DNA of 64,000 bases from Dehalococcoidia bacterium (GTDB lineage: Bacteria > Chloroflexota > Dehalococcoidia > UBA2979): contig OZ253555.1 of NCBI GenBank assembly GCA_965262725.1, positions 1,600,001 to 1,664,000 of the forward strand, given 5' to 3'. Below are positions 39,806 to 48,603 of the stretch, one piece after another. The notes beneath the pieces are model-generated. The model was not told the DNA's origin. It worked only from the letters and a program-made list of their open reading frames with translations, and searched no databases. The number at the start of each line of letters is the position of its first letter. Positions within the stretch are counted from its first letter, which is position 1. The position numbers and the translations under genes were made by a program.

Positions 39806-41719
39806 GTGGACAAGGACGTTCGGAATCGCATTCAGCGCGCGACGCAGGAGGTCCGTGCGCTGCTCGAGCGCGAGTTCGGCGAGCAGCTCGAGGGGCTCTT
39901 CGACATCCGAAGGAACGGCGTAATCGCCCCCGAAGCCGGTCCCCATCTCACGCCCAGGGAACGATTGTTGCGGGCGAAACTGATCGCGTCAGTCGAGCAC
40001 TTTCGCTCCGGTGGTGCTTCGCCGAGCGAGGCGGTCGCCCGCTATCAGCGCGACGCGGCATTCACAACGCTCAACCGCTTTGTCGCATTGAAGATGCTAG
40101 AGGCGAGGCAGCTGCTTCAAGAGTGTGTCTCGCGGGGAGACCAGTCCGCCGGCTTTCGGGAGTTCGTAGGTCTGGCGCCTAGCCTCGCGCAGATGCCCGA
40201 CCATGGCTACCGGCTCTACATCGAGAGCATCTTTGATGAGATTGGCCGAGAAGTTGGCGTGCTCTTCGACCGCCGCGATCCTGCGAGTCTGCTCTGGCCG
40301 CGCCGGAATACGCTACGGGAGCTGCTGGCAACGTTGAACGCCGCAGACCTAGCCGATGTCTGGGCGCAAGACGAGACGATCGGCTGGGTCTACCAGTTCT
40401 TCAACTCCGGTGACGAGCGCCGACAGATGCGCGACGAAAGCCAGGCGCCGCGGAACAGTCGCGAGCTGGCCGTCCGCAATCAGTTCTTCACGCCTCGCTA
40501 CGTGGTCCAGTTCCTTACCGACAACACGCTCGGACGCACTTGGTACCAGATGCGGTCAGGCGACACGGCCCTGGCGGACCGTTGGGAGTACTTCGTCGGC
40601 GACGAGGGGGTCGCGGTGCCCCGCGATAAGAAGGATCCCCGCGATATCAAGGTCCTCGATCCCGCATGTGGTTCGGGCCACTTCCTGCTATACGCGTTCG
40701 ATCTGCTGCTCGACATATACGAAGAGGCGTGGAGCGATCCTCAACAGCCGCGTAGCGAGGCCGGCACGACGCTGCGAGAGGATTACGAGGATGTGCCTTC
40801 GCTGCGTCGATCCCTCCCTGCGCTGATCGTCCAGCACAACCTCCACGGCGTAGAGATCGACCCGCGTGCGGCGCAGATCACGGCGTTGGCGCTCTGGTTG
40901 CGAGCGCAGCGCGCCTACAAAGAGTTCGGCGTCACCCCGACCCAGCGTATGCCGATCACTCAGACACACATCGTGATTGCCGAACCGATGCCAGGCGACC
41001 ATGGCATGGTCGACGACTTTGCGGCAGGCCTTGAGCCGGCCCTGTTGCGCGACCTCTTCCGGAAGATGGTTGGGGAGATGACTCTCGCAGGGGGACTTGG
41101 GTCGCTCCTCCAGGTAGAGCGCGCGATCGCAGCGGAGCTCCACCGCGCCCGGGAACAGTTCGTGAGGGAGCGCTCTGAGACGAAACCGAGCCTGCCCGGG
41201 TTGGAGCCCGAGCGACGACAAGGGGAGCTCGATCTATCCGGCGTCGACGACGATGCATTCTTTCATGAGGCAGAAACTCTCATCGTTGATGCGCTGCGTA
41301 GGTTCGCCGAGTCCACGACAGGCGGGGCAGGCGTTCGTCGACGCCTCTTCGCGGGTGACGCCGCACAGGGTGTCGCCCTCATCGAGCTGCTGCGGACGCG
41401 GTTTGACGTGGTGCTCATGAATCCGCCGTTCGGGGCTGGGAGCGTCATCGCGAAGCAGGCATTCGATAAGGCTTACCCGCGCACGAAGAACGATCTCTAT
41501 GCGGCCTTCGTCGAGCGCGGCATCCAACTGCTCCATGAGCGCGGAATGCTCGGCGCCATCACGTCCCGCACCGGGTTCTTCCTGTCAAGCTTCCAGAAGT
41601 GGCGCGAGGAGATCCTCCTGGAGGAGGCTCCCCCGACGGTGTTCGCGGACCTCGGCTACGGCGTGCTTGATGGCGCGATGGTCGAGGTCGCTGCGTATTG
41701 CCTCGAGGTCGCTGCATGA
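39806..41719 (+). CDS. pglX: PglX N-terminal part: adenine methyltransferase catalytic subunit
   Basis: IGWVYQFF, QFFTPRYVV, LDPACGSGHF, NPPF, DLYAAF. The ORF ends before the target recognition domain (TRD). Confidence 0.9.
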   Translation: MDKDVRNRIQRATQEVRALLEREFGEQLEGLFDIRRNGVIAPEAGPHLTPRERLLRAKLIASVEHFRSGGASPSEAVARYQRDAAFTTLNRFVALKMLEARQLLQECVSRGDQSAGFREFVGLAPSLAQMPDHGYRLYIESIFDEIGREVGVLFDRRDPASLLWPRRNTLRELLATLNAADLADVWAQDETIGWVYQFFNSGDERRQMRDESQAPRNSRELAVRNQFFTPRYVVQFLTDNTLGRTWYQMRSGDTALADRWEYFVGDEGVAVPRDKKDPRDIKVLDPACGSGHFLLYAFDLLLDIYEEAWSDPQQPRSEAGTTLREDYEDVPSLRRSLPALIVQHNLHGVEIDPRAAQITALALWLRAQRAYKEFGVTPTQRMPITQTHIVIAEPMPGDHGMVDDFAAGLEPALLRDLFRKMVGEMTLAGGLGSLLQVERAIAAELHRAREQFVRERSETKPSLPGLEPERRQGELDLSGVDDDAFFHEAETLIVDALRRFAESTTGGAGVRRRLFAGDAAQGVALIELLRTRFDVVLMNPPFGAGSVIAKQAFDKAYPRTKNDLYAAFVERGIQLLHERGMLGAITSRTGFFLSSFQKWREEILLEEAPPTVFADLGYGVLDGAMVEVAAYCLEVAA

Positions 41720-43881
41720 GGACCGTCTTTTTGCGCGCATTGGAGTCCGATGACAAAGCGTCGGCTCTGCTTGGAGCGATCCGCGGATCAGCCTCGGAGC
41801 GAGGTGGACGTTTCGATGTGCAGGCGGCCGCGTTCGGGCGCGTGCCGCGTTCACCATTCGCGTATTGGGTAAGCGATCGTCTGCGCACTGTCTTTGCCGA
41901 CCTCCCACCTTTCGAGGCGGACGGGCGTGTCGTGAAACAAGGCCTTGCGACTGCCGACGACTTCCGGTTCGTGCGCGCGTGGTGGGCTGTTCCGGTACGC
42001 GTCTTGGGTTTGCGGTGGTTCCCGTACACAAAAGGCGGGAGCTTCTCGCGTTTCTACGCCGACACCCATGTGCTCGTGAACTGGCACCGCAGTGGGGCTG
42101 AAGTGAAGGCGAACGTCAACGAACGCGGGCAGATTCGCTCGAACGTCTGGATGCTTCGGGATACCGCGGCCGAATACTTCTTTCGTCCAGGCATCACCTG
42201 GCCGCTCCGGGGGGTTCGCTACTCAGCTCAGGCCGTTCCCGCGGAATGCGTGTTCAGCGTCGCAGGTAAGATGGCCTTTGCTGATCCCGCTGATCTTCTT
42301 TGCGTGCTTGCACTATTCAATTCGACTGCCTTCGACAAGTTCATCGCGTTTTTTGCTGGGAAGATCGGTGGGGTGCAGTATGAGGTCGGCCTTATCAAGT
42401 ACGTGCCGATCCCGCTCCTGAGTGCCGATGATGAGCGCTGTCTAGCCACACTCGCCAGCCGCGGTTGGTCGATGAAACGCTCGCTGGACTCGGCTGTTGA
42501 AAGCTCGCACGCCTTCATAGCCCCCGCGCTTGTGCGGGTTGAGGGTGCCCCGCTGAATGCTCGCGCGGTAGCGTGGGCTGAGCACATTCACCTTGTAGAA
42601 GACGCGCTTGCGGGGATACAGGCGGAGATCGACGAGCGCTGCTTCGAGCTCTACGGCATTGATGAGGCTGATCGGCGCGCCATGACGGAAGGCTTCGACA
42701 CCTCGGGCGACGCTGCAGAGGATGATGACGCCGAGGTCGACAACTCAGCCGCCGAAGCCGAGGATGCGGATAGCGCCGAAGCCGACGCGACCGGTCTGAC
42801 CGCAGAGCTGGTGTCGTGGGCGGTGGGGGTGGCCTTCGGGCGCTTCGATGTGCGGCTCGCTACTGGCGAGCGGGCACTTCCGGCGGAGCCTGATCCGTTC
42901 GACCCGCTGCCGATCTGCTCACCCGGGATGCTCACTGGCGACGACGGCCTGCCGCTCCGCGCGGCGCCTGAGGGCTACCCACTCGCCTTTTCCGAGGATG
43001 GCGTCCTCGTCGACGACCCAGGCCACGCGCGCGATCTCACCGCCGCGGTACGCGCCATCTTCGACACGGTGTTCGGTGCCGACGCCGACGCCCGCTGGCG
43101 TGAGGCGGCCGAGCTCCTCGATCCAAAGGAGCGCAACCTGCGCAGCTGGCTCGCGAAGGCCTTCTTCGAGCATCACCTCAAGCGCTACTCGAAGAGCAGG
43201 CGGAAGGCGCCGATCATCTGGCAGCTCGCCACGCCGTCGGCGAGCTATTCGGTCTGGCTCTACGCGCACCGCCTGACAGCGGACAGCCTCTTCCACGTCC
43301 AGAACGACGTCGTCGCGCCGAAGCTTGCGCTCGAGGAGCGCCGACATACAGCGCTCGTGCAGGCCGCTGGTCCGAACCCGCCTGCGAGCCAGCGCCGAGA
43401 GATCGCCGAGGTGGAGACGTTTGTCGAGGAGTTGCGAGTCCTGCTCACTGAAGTGAGGCGGGTGGCGCCGCTCTGGCAGCCCGACCTCAACGACGGGGTC
43501 GTGCTCACGATGGCGCCGCTCTGGCGTCTCGTGACCCAACATCGGGCGTGGCAGCGGGAGCTGAAGTCGGCCTGGGATGCGCTCTGCGCCGGGAGGTACG
43601 ACTGGGCGCAGAGCGCAATGCACCTCTGGCCTGAGCGCGTCGTGCCGAAGTGCGCCGAGGATCGCAGCCTCGCGATCGCGCACGGCCTGGAGGAAGTCTT
43701 CTGGGTCGAGGATGCGACCGGGAAATGGGAACCGCGACATTCGCCAACGCGCTCGGTCGAGGAGCTCGTCAGTGAGCGGACGTCACCTGCCGTGAAGTCA
43801 GCGCTGCAGAGCCTGGTCGATGCACCCGCACTCGCTTCCAATGGGCGGGGGCGACGTTCTCGAGCGGGGTCGTCGACGTGA
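41716..43881 (+). CDS. PglX C-terminal/specificity subunit 1 (TRD1)
   Basis: PRSPFAYW, QGLATADDFRF, WFPYTKGG, RPGITW, RKAPIIWQL, DLNDGV, YDW; ATGA overlap with pglX. Confidence 0.88.
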   Translation: MRTVFLRALESDDKASALLGAIRGSASERGGRFDVQAAAFGRVPRSPFAYWVSDRLRTVFADLPPFEADGRVVKQGLATADDFRFVRAWWAVPVRVLGLRWFPYTKGGSFSRFYADTHVLVNWHRSGAEVKANVNERGQIRSNVWMLRDTAAEYFFRPGITWPLRGVRYSAQAVPAECVFSVAGKMAFADPADLLCVLALFNSTAFDKFIAFFAGKIGGVQYEVGLIKYVPIPLLSADDERCLATLASRGWSMKRSLDSAVESSHAFIAPALVRVEGAPLNARAVAWAEHIHLVEDALAGIQAEIDERCFELYGIDEADRRAMTEGFDTSGDAAEDDDAEVDNSAAEAEDADSAEADATGLTAELVSWAVGVAFGRFDVRLATGERALPAEPDPFDPLPICSPGMLTGDDGLPLRAAPEGYPLAFSEDGVLVDDPGHARDLTAAVRAIFDTVFGADADARWREAAELLDPKERNLRSWLAKAFFEHHLKRYSKSRRKAPIIWQLATPSASYSVWLYAHRLTADSLFHVQNDVVAPKLALEERRHTALVQAAGPNPPASQRREIAEVETFVEELRVLLTEVRRVAPLWQPDLNDGVVLTMAPLWRLVTQHRAWQRELKSAWDALCAGRYDWAQSAMHLWPERVVPKCAEDRSLAIAHGLEEVFWVEDATGKWEPRHSPTRSVEELVSERTSPAVKSALQSLVDAPALASNGRGRRSRAGSST

Positions 43882-46038
43882 AGACCGTCTTCCTCCGCGT
43901 GCTAGAGGCGCGGGACAAGGGCCCGGCTCTGCTCGGAGCCATCCGCCGACCGGGAGCCTCCGGAGCAGGTCGGCGATTCGAGGTCTCCGTTGCGAGTTTT
44001 GGCGGGGTGCCTCGGTCTCCTCTTGCCTACTGGGTGAGTTCGAGGGTGCTCAGCCTGTTCGCGGACCTGCCACGCCTCCAAGCAAATGGGCGTGTCGCTG
44101 CATCGGGCGGCAAGACCCTCGACGACTTTAGGTGGATCCGCGGATCGTGGGAGATCGTTCCTGAGGCGGTGGACCGATGGCTTGGCTACGCCAAGGGCGG
44201 CACCTTCTCACCCTACTACGCTGACGTTCACCTCCTGCTTGACTGGCGCGATGACGCGAGGGCGCTGAAGACTTACTTGGTCAACTACCGCGAGAGTCGG
44301 GGGTGGTCACCTAACTGGACGGCCGAGTTGCATGGCAGCGACCATTATCGCCGGCCTGGACTGACCTGGCCCAGACGCACGCAGAGTGGGCTCGCGCTTC
44401 GGGCGATGCCGGCCGGGTGTGTGTTCGCGGACAAGGGTCCAGCTGCGTTCGTTGCGAACGACTGTGGCAGCCGCCTACTGGCGCTTCTGGCAGTTTCGAA
44501 CTCCATGGCTTTCAAGTCGCTTGTCGAGCTCCAAATGGCATTCGGGTCGTTTGAGGTTGGCGTCATCCAGCGCGCCCCTGTTCCCCTCACTGTTGGTGGC
44601 GATGAGAGCGGGCTCACACAACTGGCTTACCGTGCGTGGTCGTCGAAGCGCTCCTTGGACACAGTCGTCGAGACGTCGCACGCCTTCACGCTTCCTGCGC
44701 TACTCCAGTCCGAAGGCGGCTCGCTCGCTGGTCGCGCGGCAGCGCGGGCTGAGCACGTGCGCCGCATCGAAGACGAGCTTGCGGCCATCCAGGCGGAGAT
44801 CGACGAGCGCTGCTTCGAGCTCTATGGGATCAACGAGGAGGACCGCCGCGTCATCACCGAGGGCTTCGGCGGCTCGGGCGACGCCTCGGTAAGTGACGAC
44901 GGCGACGGCGACGGCGAATCAGACGATGCCGGGGCTGCGCAGGATGGGGTAGCTGAGGCGGTTGGCCTGACGGCGGAGTTGGCGGCGTGGGCGGTGGGTG
45001 TGGCATTCGGGCGCTTCGATGTGCGGCTCGCCACGGGGGAGCGAGCGCTCCCGGACGAGCCCGAGCCGTTCGACCCGCTACCGGTCTGCTCACCCGGGAT
45101 GCTTACCGGTGACGACGGCCTGCCGCTCACTGCGGCGCCCGAGGGCTACCCGCTCGCCCTCCCGGAGGATGGCATCTTCGTGGACGACCCCGGCCATACG
45201 CGGGATCACACCGCCGCAGTGCGAGCGGTCTTCGACGTCGTGTTCGGAGGCGACGCCGATGCGCGCTGGCGTGAGGCGGCGGAGCTCTTCGATCCGAAGG
45301 AGCGCAGCCTGCGCACCTGGCTCGCGAAGGCCTTCTTCGAGCATCACCTCAAGCGCTACTCGAAGAGCAGGCGGAAGGCGCCGATCATCTGGCAGCTCGC
45401 CACGCCGTCGGCGAGCTATTCGGTCTGGCTCTACGCGCACCGCCTGACAGCGGACAGCCTCTTCCACGTCCAGAACGACGTCGTCGCGCCGAAGCTTGCG
45501 CTCGAGGAGCGCCGACATACAGCGCTCGTGCAGGCCGCTGGTCCGAACCCGACTGCGAGCCAGCGCCGAGAGATCGCCGAGGTGGAGACGTTTGTCGAGG
45601 AGTTGCGAGTCCTGCTCACTGAAGTGAGGCGGGTGGCGCCGCTCTGGCAGCCCGACCTCAACGACGGGGTCGTGCTCACGATGGCGCCGCTCTGGCGTCT
45701 CGTGACCCAACATCGGGCGTGGCAGCGGGAGCTGAAGTCGGCCTGGGATGCGCTCTGCGCCGGGAGGTACGACTGGGCGCAGCTCGCAATGCACCTCTGG
45801 CCCGAGCGCGTCGTGCCGAAGTGCGCCGAGGACCGCAGCCTCGCGATCGCCCATGGTCTCGAGGAGGTCTTCTGGGTCGAGGACGCGAACGGGAAGTGGG
45901 AACCGCGACATTCGCCAACGCGCTCGGTGGAGGAGCTCGTCAGTGAGCGGACGTCACCTGCCGTGAAGTCAGCGCTGCAGAGCCTGGTCGATGCACCCGC
46001 ACTCGCTTCCAATGGGCGGGGGCGACGTTCTCGAGCGG
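42620..46038 (+). repeat. About 1.25-kb direct repeat pair (about 42620-43867 and about 44790-46038)
   Basis: The C-terminal halves of the two specificity genes. 43147-43867 and 45318-46038 are near-identical at an offset of 2171. Confidence 0.92.
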
Positions 46039-46061
46039 CGTCGACACTGGGGGCGGATTAG
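43878..46061 (+). CDS. PglX C-terminal/specificity subunit 2 (TRD2)
   Basis: Paralogue of the previous gene with a divergent TRD (SGGKTLDDFRW, YAKGG, RPGLTW); GTGA overlap. Confidence 0.88.
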   Translation: MKTVFLRVLEARDKGPALLGAIRRPGASGAGRRFEVSVASFGGVPRSPLAYWVSSRVLSLFADLPRLQANGRVAASGGKTLDDFRWIRGSWEIVPEAVDRWLGYAKGGTFSPYYADVHLLLDWRDDARALKTYLVNYRESRGWSPNWTAELHGSDHYRRPGLTWPRRTQSGLALRAMPAGCVFADKGPAAFVANDCGSRLLALLAVSNSMAFKSLVELQMAFGSFEVGVIQRAPVPLTVGGDESGLTQLAYRAWSSKRSLDTVVETSHAFTLPALLQSEGGSLAGRAAARAEHVRRIEDELAAIQAEIDERCFELYGINEEDRRVITEGFGGSGDASVSDDGDGDGESDDAGAAQDGVAEAVGLTAELAAWAVGVAFGRFDVRLATGERALPDEPEPFDPLPVCSPGMLTGDDGLPLTAAPEGYPLALPEDGIFVDDPGHTRDHTAAVRAVFDVVFGGDADARWREAAELFDPKERSLRTWLAKAFFEHHLKRYSKSRRKAPIIWQLATPSASYSVWLYAHRLTADSLFHVQNDVVAPKLALEERRHTALVQAAGPNPTASQRREIAEVETFVEELRVLLTEVRRVAPLWQPDLNDGVVLTMAPLWRLVTQHRAWQRELKSAWDALCAGRYDWAQLAMHLWPERVVPKCAEDRSLAIAHGLEEVFWVEDANGKWEPRHSPTRSVEELVSERTSPAVKSALQSLVDAPALASNGRGRRSRAASTLGAD

Positions 46062-46062
46062 C

Positions 46063-48600
46063 TTGCACGCACTCCACGACTACCTCTGTCAGCAGCTCGA
46101 GGATCTGCTCCGCAAGCGTTCGGTCGTCGTCTTCTACGACCCTCGCCGGGAGTTCGCACCCTTCTTCCGTGAGTTGAGCGACGGTGGCTCAGAGGCTGGG
46201 CAGCTCCGGCACGTTGTCATCGGTTCACTGCCGGCAGCACTCGTGGAGTACAACGGCTCGTTCTACCAACTTCGCGCTGAGGTTGAGGAGCTGGTGGGGG
46301 AGGATCGACCGGCGCCGCTCATGCTCTACGTCCCTGGCGTCAATCGAGACCCGAAGAACTCCGTACTCATGGAACTCGAGCTCGGCGGCAGCCGTTACGA
46401 GCAGCCGCTCAACCGTCTCGCGCTCAACGTTCTCCGCAAGAGCTTCTCCGACGGACAGATCGATGAACTGCTCCGCCTGGGAAGCACGACTTACGAGGAC
46501 ATCGTGTCGTTCCTCCAGCAGGCTGAGGAAGGCGAACCCGCGTCGGCGCTCCGCGGGCTCTTTGGAGGCCTCCGTAGCGAGCCGCTCATCGCCGAGTGGC
46601 TCGCAAGTGTCGAGCGCGACGATGCGATTTCCGAAAGGGATGCGACTTCTGAGCTGTTCAAGTTGCTCGAGACCCGCGTGGGCCTGGCCCTCACCGAGGC
46701 GTCATCGCTCAGCGAAGCGCGGGAGCGGGCGGCACGGTACGTGCTCATTGGTGAGTTCCGGGCCGACCTCTCTGGAGAGCCTCCCCCGTCGATCTCGCTC
46801 GTCCCAGTCCCCCAGTCGAAGGAGCACCAGGCGCGCATCGCCGAGATAGCTCGCCTGCTTCGCCGTGACCGGCCAGACCGGTATGCCGCACTGGCAGACA
46901 GGGTGGAGCGAGAGCTGGGACTTCAGGATGCGCCCATCGCGCCCTCTCAGCTCGGTGCCGTGGACACGTTCGGATTCGAGGAGAGACGTCTGCTTGAGCG
47001 CGTCGGTGAGCTCATCGCGACCAAGGCATATGGCGAAGCCCTGGACGTGATCTCGGGCCGTCGACGCAGCTTCTGGGTGGACCGCGATGTGCCACGCCAG
47101 GCGCAGTGGGAGGCCAGCCGCCTCATGGCGACCTTGGGCACTGCAATTGCTGCGGCTCGTGTAGAGCTTCCGAAGTTTGGGGTCGATGCGACGGCGTGGG
47201 TCGAGGCGTATGCCGCCGACCGCGGCTGGCATGAGATCGACCGGCTGCACCGTGCGCTTGAGACCTGGGTCGCGAAGATGAGCGAGGAGCCCGAGAGCGA
47301 ACAGGCGTTGGCGGTCATCCGTCGCGAGCAAGAGGACCTGCTTCAGCTGATGGCGGAAGGATTCGGGAAGGCCTTCCAAGCAGCTGGCTGGACGGTTCCG
47401 AACATCCTTCACCAGACGGGCATCTATCCGCAGGTCGTGGAGTCGCTGCCGGGCCCGGTCGCTTACTTCTTCGTCGATGCAATGCGTTTCGAGATGGGCG
47501 CCGAGCTGGCGCAGCAGCTCCAGGGCGCAAGCGACCTCAGGCTGCGGCCCGCCATCGCGGCGCTCCCGTCGATTACGCCGGTCGGCATGGCCGCGCTCCT
47601 GCCGGGCGCATCGGCGAGCTTTTCGGTCGTGGAGGGGCGTGGGCGAATCGCCTCCCGCATGAACGGCACCGCAATGCCAGGCATCACTGAGCGTATGAGG
47701 TACTTGAAGGCGCGGGTTGTTGGTCTCCGCGAGCTGACGCTGGACGACGTTCTGCGTCGCCGGATGCCCGAGCTTCGTCGGAGCGTCGATTCCGCGCCAC
47801 TGGTGATCGTTCGTTCGGACGAGATCGACGCGCTCGGGGAGAACGTGCAGGACTCCACTGCGCGAGCCGCCATGGAGAGTGTAATCGGCAACATTGCTCG
47901 GGCCGTACGAAAGCTGGCCGCCGCCGGCATCGAGCGGTTCGTGATCACGGCCGATCACGGGCACCAGTTCGCCATCCGCAAAGAAGAAGATATGCGTACG
48001 GACAATCCGGGCGGCGACGCTCTCGAGGTTCACCGCCGTTGTTGGATCGGGCGTGGTGGAACCACGCCGCCGGGCACCGTCCGGGTGACCGGAGCGGAGC
48101 TCGGCTATGACACCGACCTCGAGTTCGTCTTCCCGACCGGGCTCGGTGTCTTCAAGGCTGGCGGCGGCCTCAGCTTCCATCACGGCGGGTTCAGCCTCCA
48201 AGAACTGGTGATCCCAGTCGTCAGCCTCCGCATTGCAGCAGAACCGGTGAAGCCGCAAGGCGGCCAGCGGGTTCGTCTCGAAGACGTCCCTGCGCGCATC
48301 ACGAATCGGATGTTCGTTGTCCAGGTCGTTTCAAGCGCCGACCTCTTCGATACGGAGCCGCTGTCGCTCCGGGTCGTCTTGCTCTCGGGAGACGAACAGG
48401 TCGGCCAAGCAGGCATGGCGACTGGGGCGGAACTCGATAACGTAAAGAGCGAACTGCAGCTCGCGCCCGGGACGGCTGCCAGCGTGGGTATGATGCTCAT
48501 GCGCGATGACATCACTTCGCTGCGCATCCTAGTCCAAGACGCCGTCACCGATGCAGTGCTCGAGCAGTCGGAATCCATCCCGGTGCAATTAGGGATATAG
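46063..48600 (+). CDS. pglZ: BREX alkaline-phosphatase-fold protein PglZ
   Basis: VDAMRFEMG, LPSITPVGMAALLP, ITADHGH, HGGFSLQE; TTG start. Confidence 0.93.
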   Translation: MHALHDYLCQQLEDLLRKRSVVVFYDPRREFAPFFRELSDGGSEAGQLRHVVIGSLPAALVEYNGSFYQLRAEVEELVGEDRPAPLMLYVPGVNRDPKNSVLMELELGGSRYEQPLNRLALNVLRKSFSDGQIDELLRLGSTTYEDIVSFLQQAEEGEPASALRGLFGGLRSEPLIAEWLASVERDDAISERDATSELFKLLETRVGLALTEASSLSEARERAARYVLIGEFRADLSGEPPPSISLVPVPQSKEHQARIAEIARLLRRDRPDRYAALADRVERELGLQDAPIAPSQLGAVDTFGFEERRLLERVGELIATKAYGEALDVISGRRRSFWVDRDVPRQAQWEASRLMATLGTAIAAARVELPKFGVDATAWVEAYAADRGWHEIDRLHRALETWVAKMSEEPESEQALAVIRREQEDLLQLMAEGFGKAFQAAGWTVPNILHQTGIYPQVVESLPGPVAYFFVDAMRFEMGAELAQQLQGASDLRLRPAIAALPSITPVGMAALLPGASASFSVVEGRGRIASRMNGTAMPGITERMRYLKARVVGLRELTLDDVLRRRMPELRRSVDSAPLVIVRSDEIDALGENVQDSTARAAMESVIGNIARAVRKLAAAGIERFVITADHGHQFAIRKEEDMRTDNPGGDALEVHRRCWIGRGGTTPPGTVRVTGAELGYDTDLEFVFPTGLGVFKAGGGLSFHHGGFSLQELVIPVVSLRIAAEPVKPQGGQRVRLEDVPARITNRMFVVQVVSSADLFDTEPLSLRVVLLSGDEQVGQAGMATGAELDNVKSELQLAPGTAASVGMMLMRDDITSLRILVQDAVTDAVLEQSESIPVQLGI

Positions 48601-48603
48601 GCC

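Noticed and set aside
41700-41730. pglX split as a simple sequencing frameshift
   Set aside because: The second specificity gene independently starts at the homologous residue with the same 4-nt overlap, which supports real separate genes. Reads are still needed to confirm.
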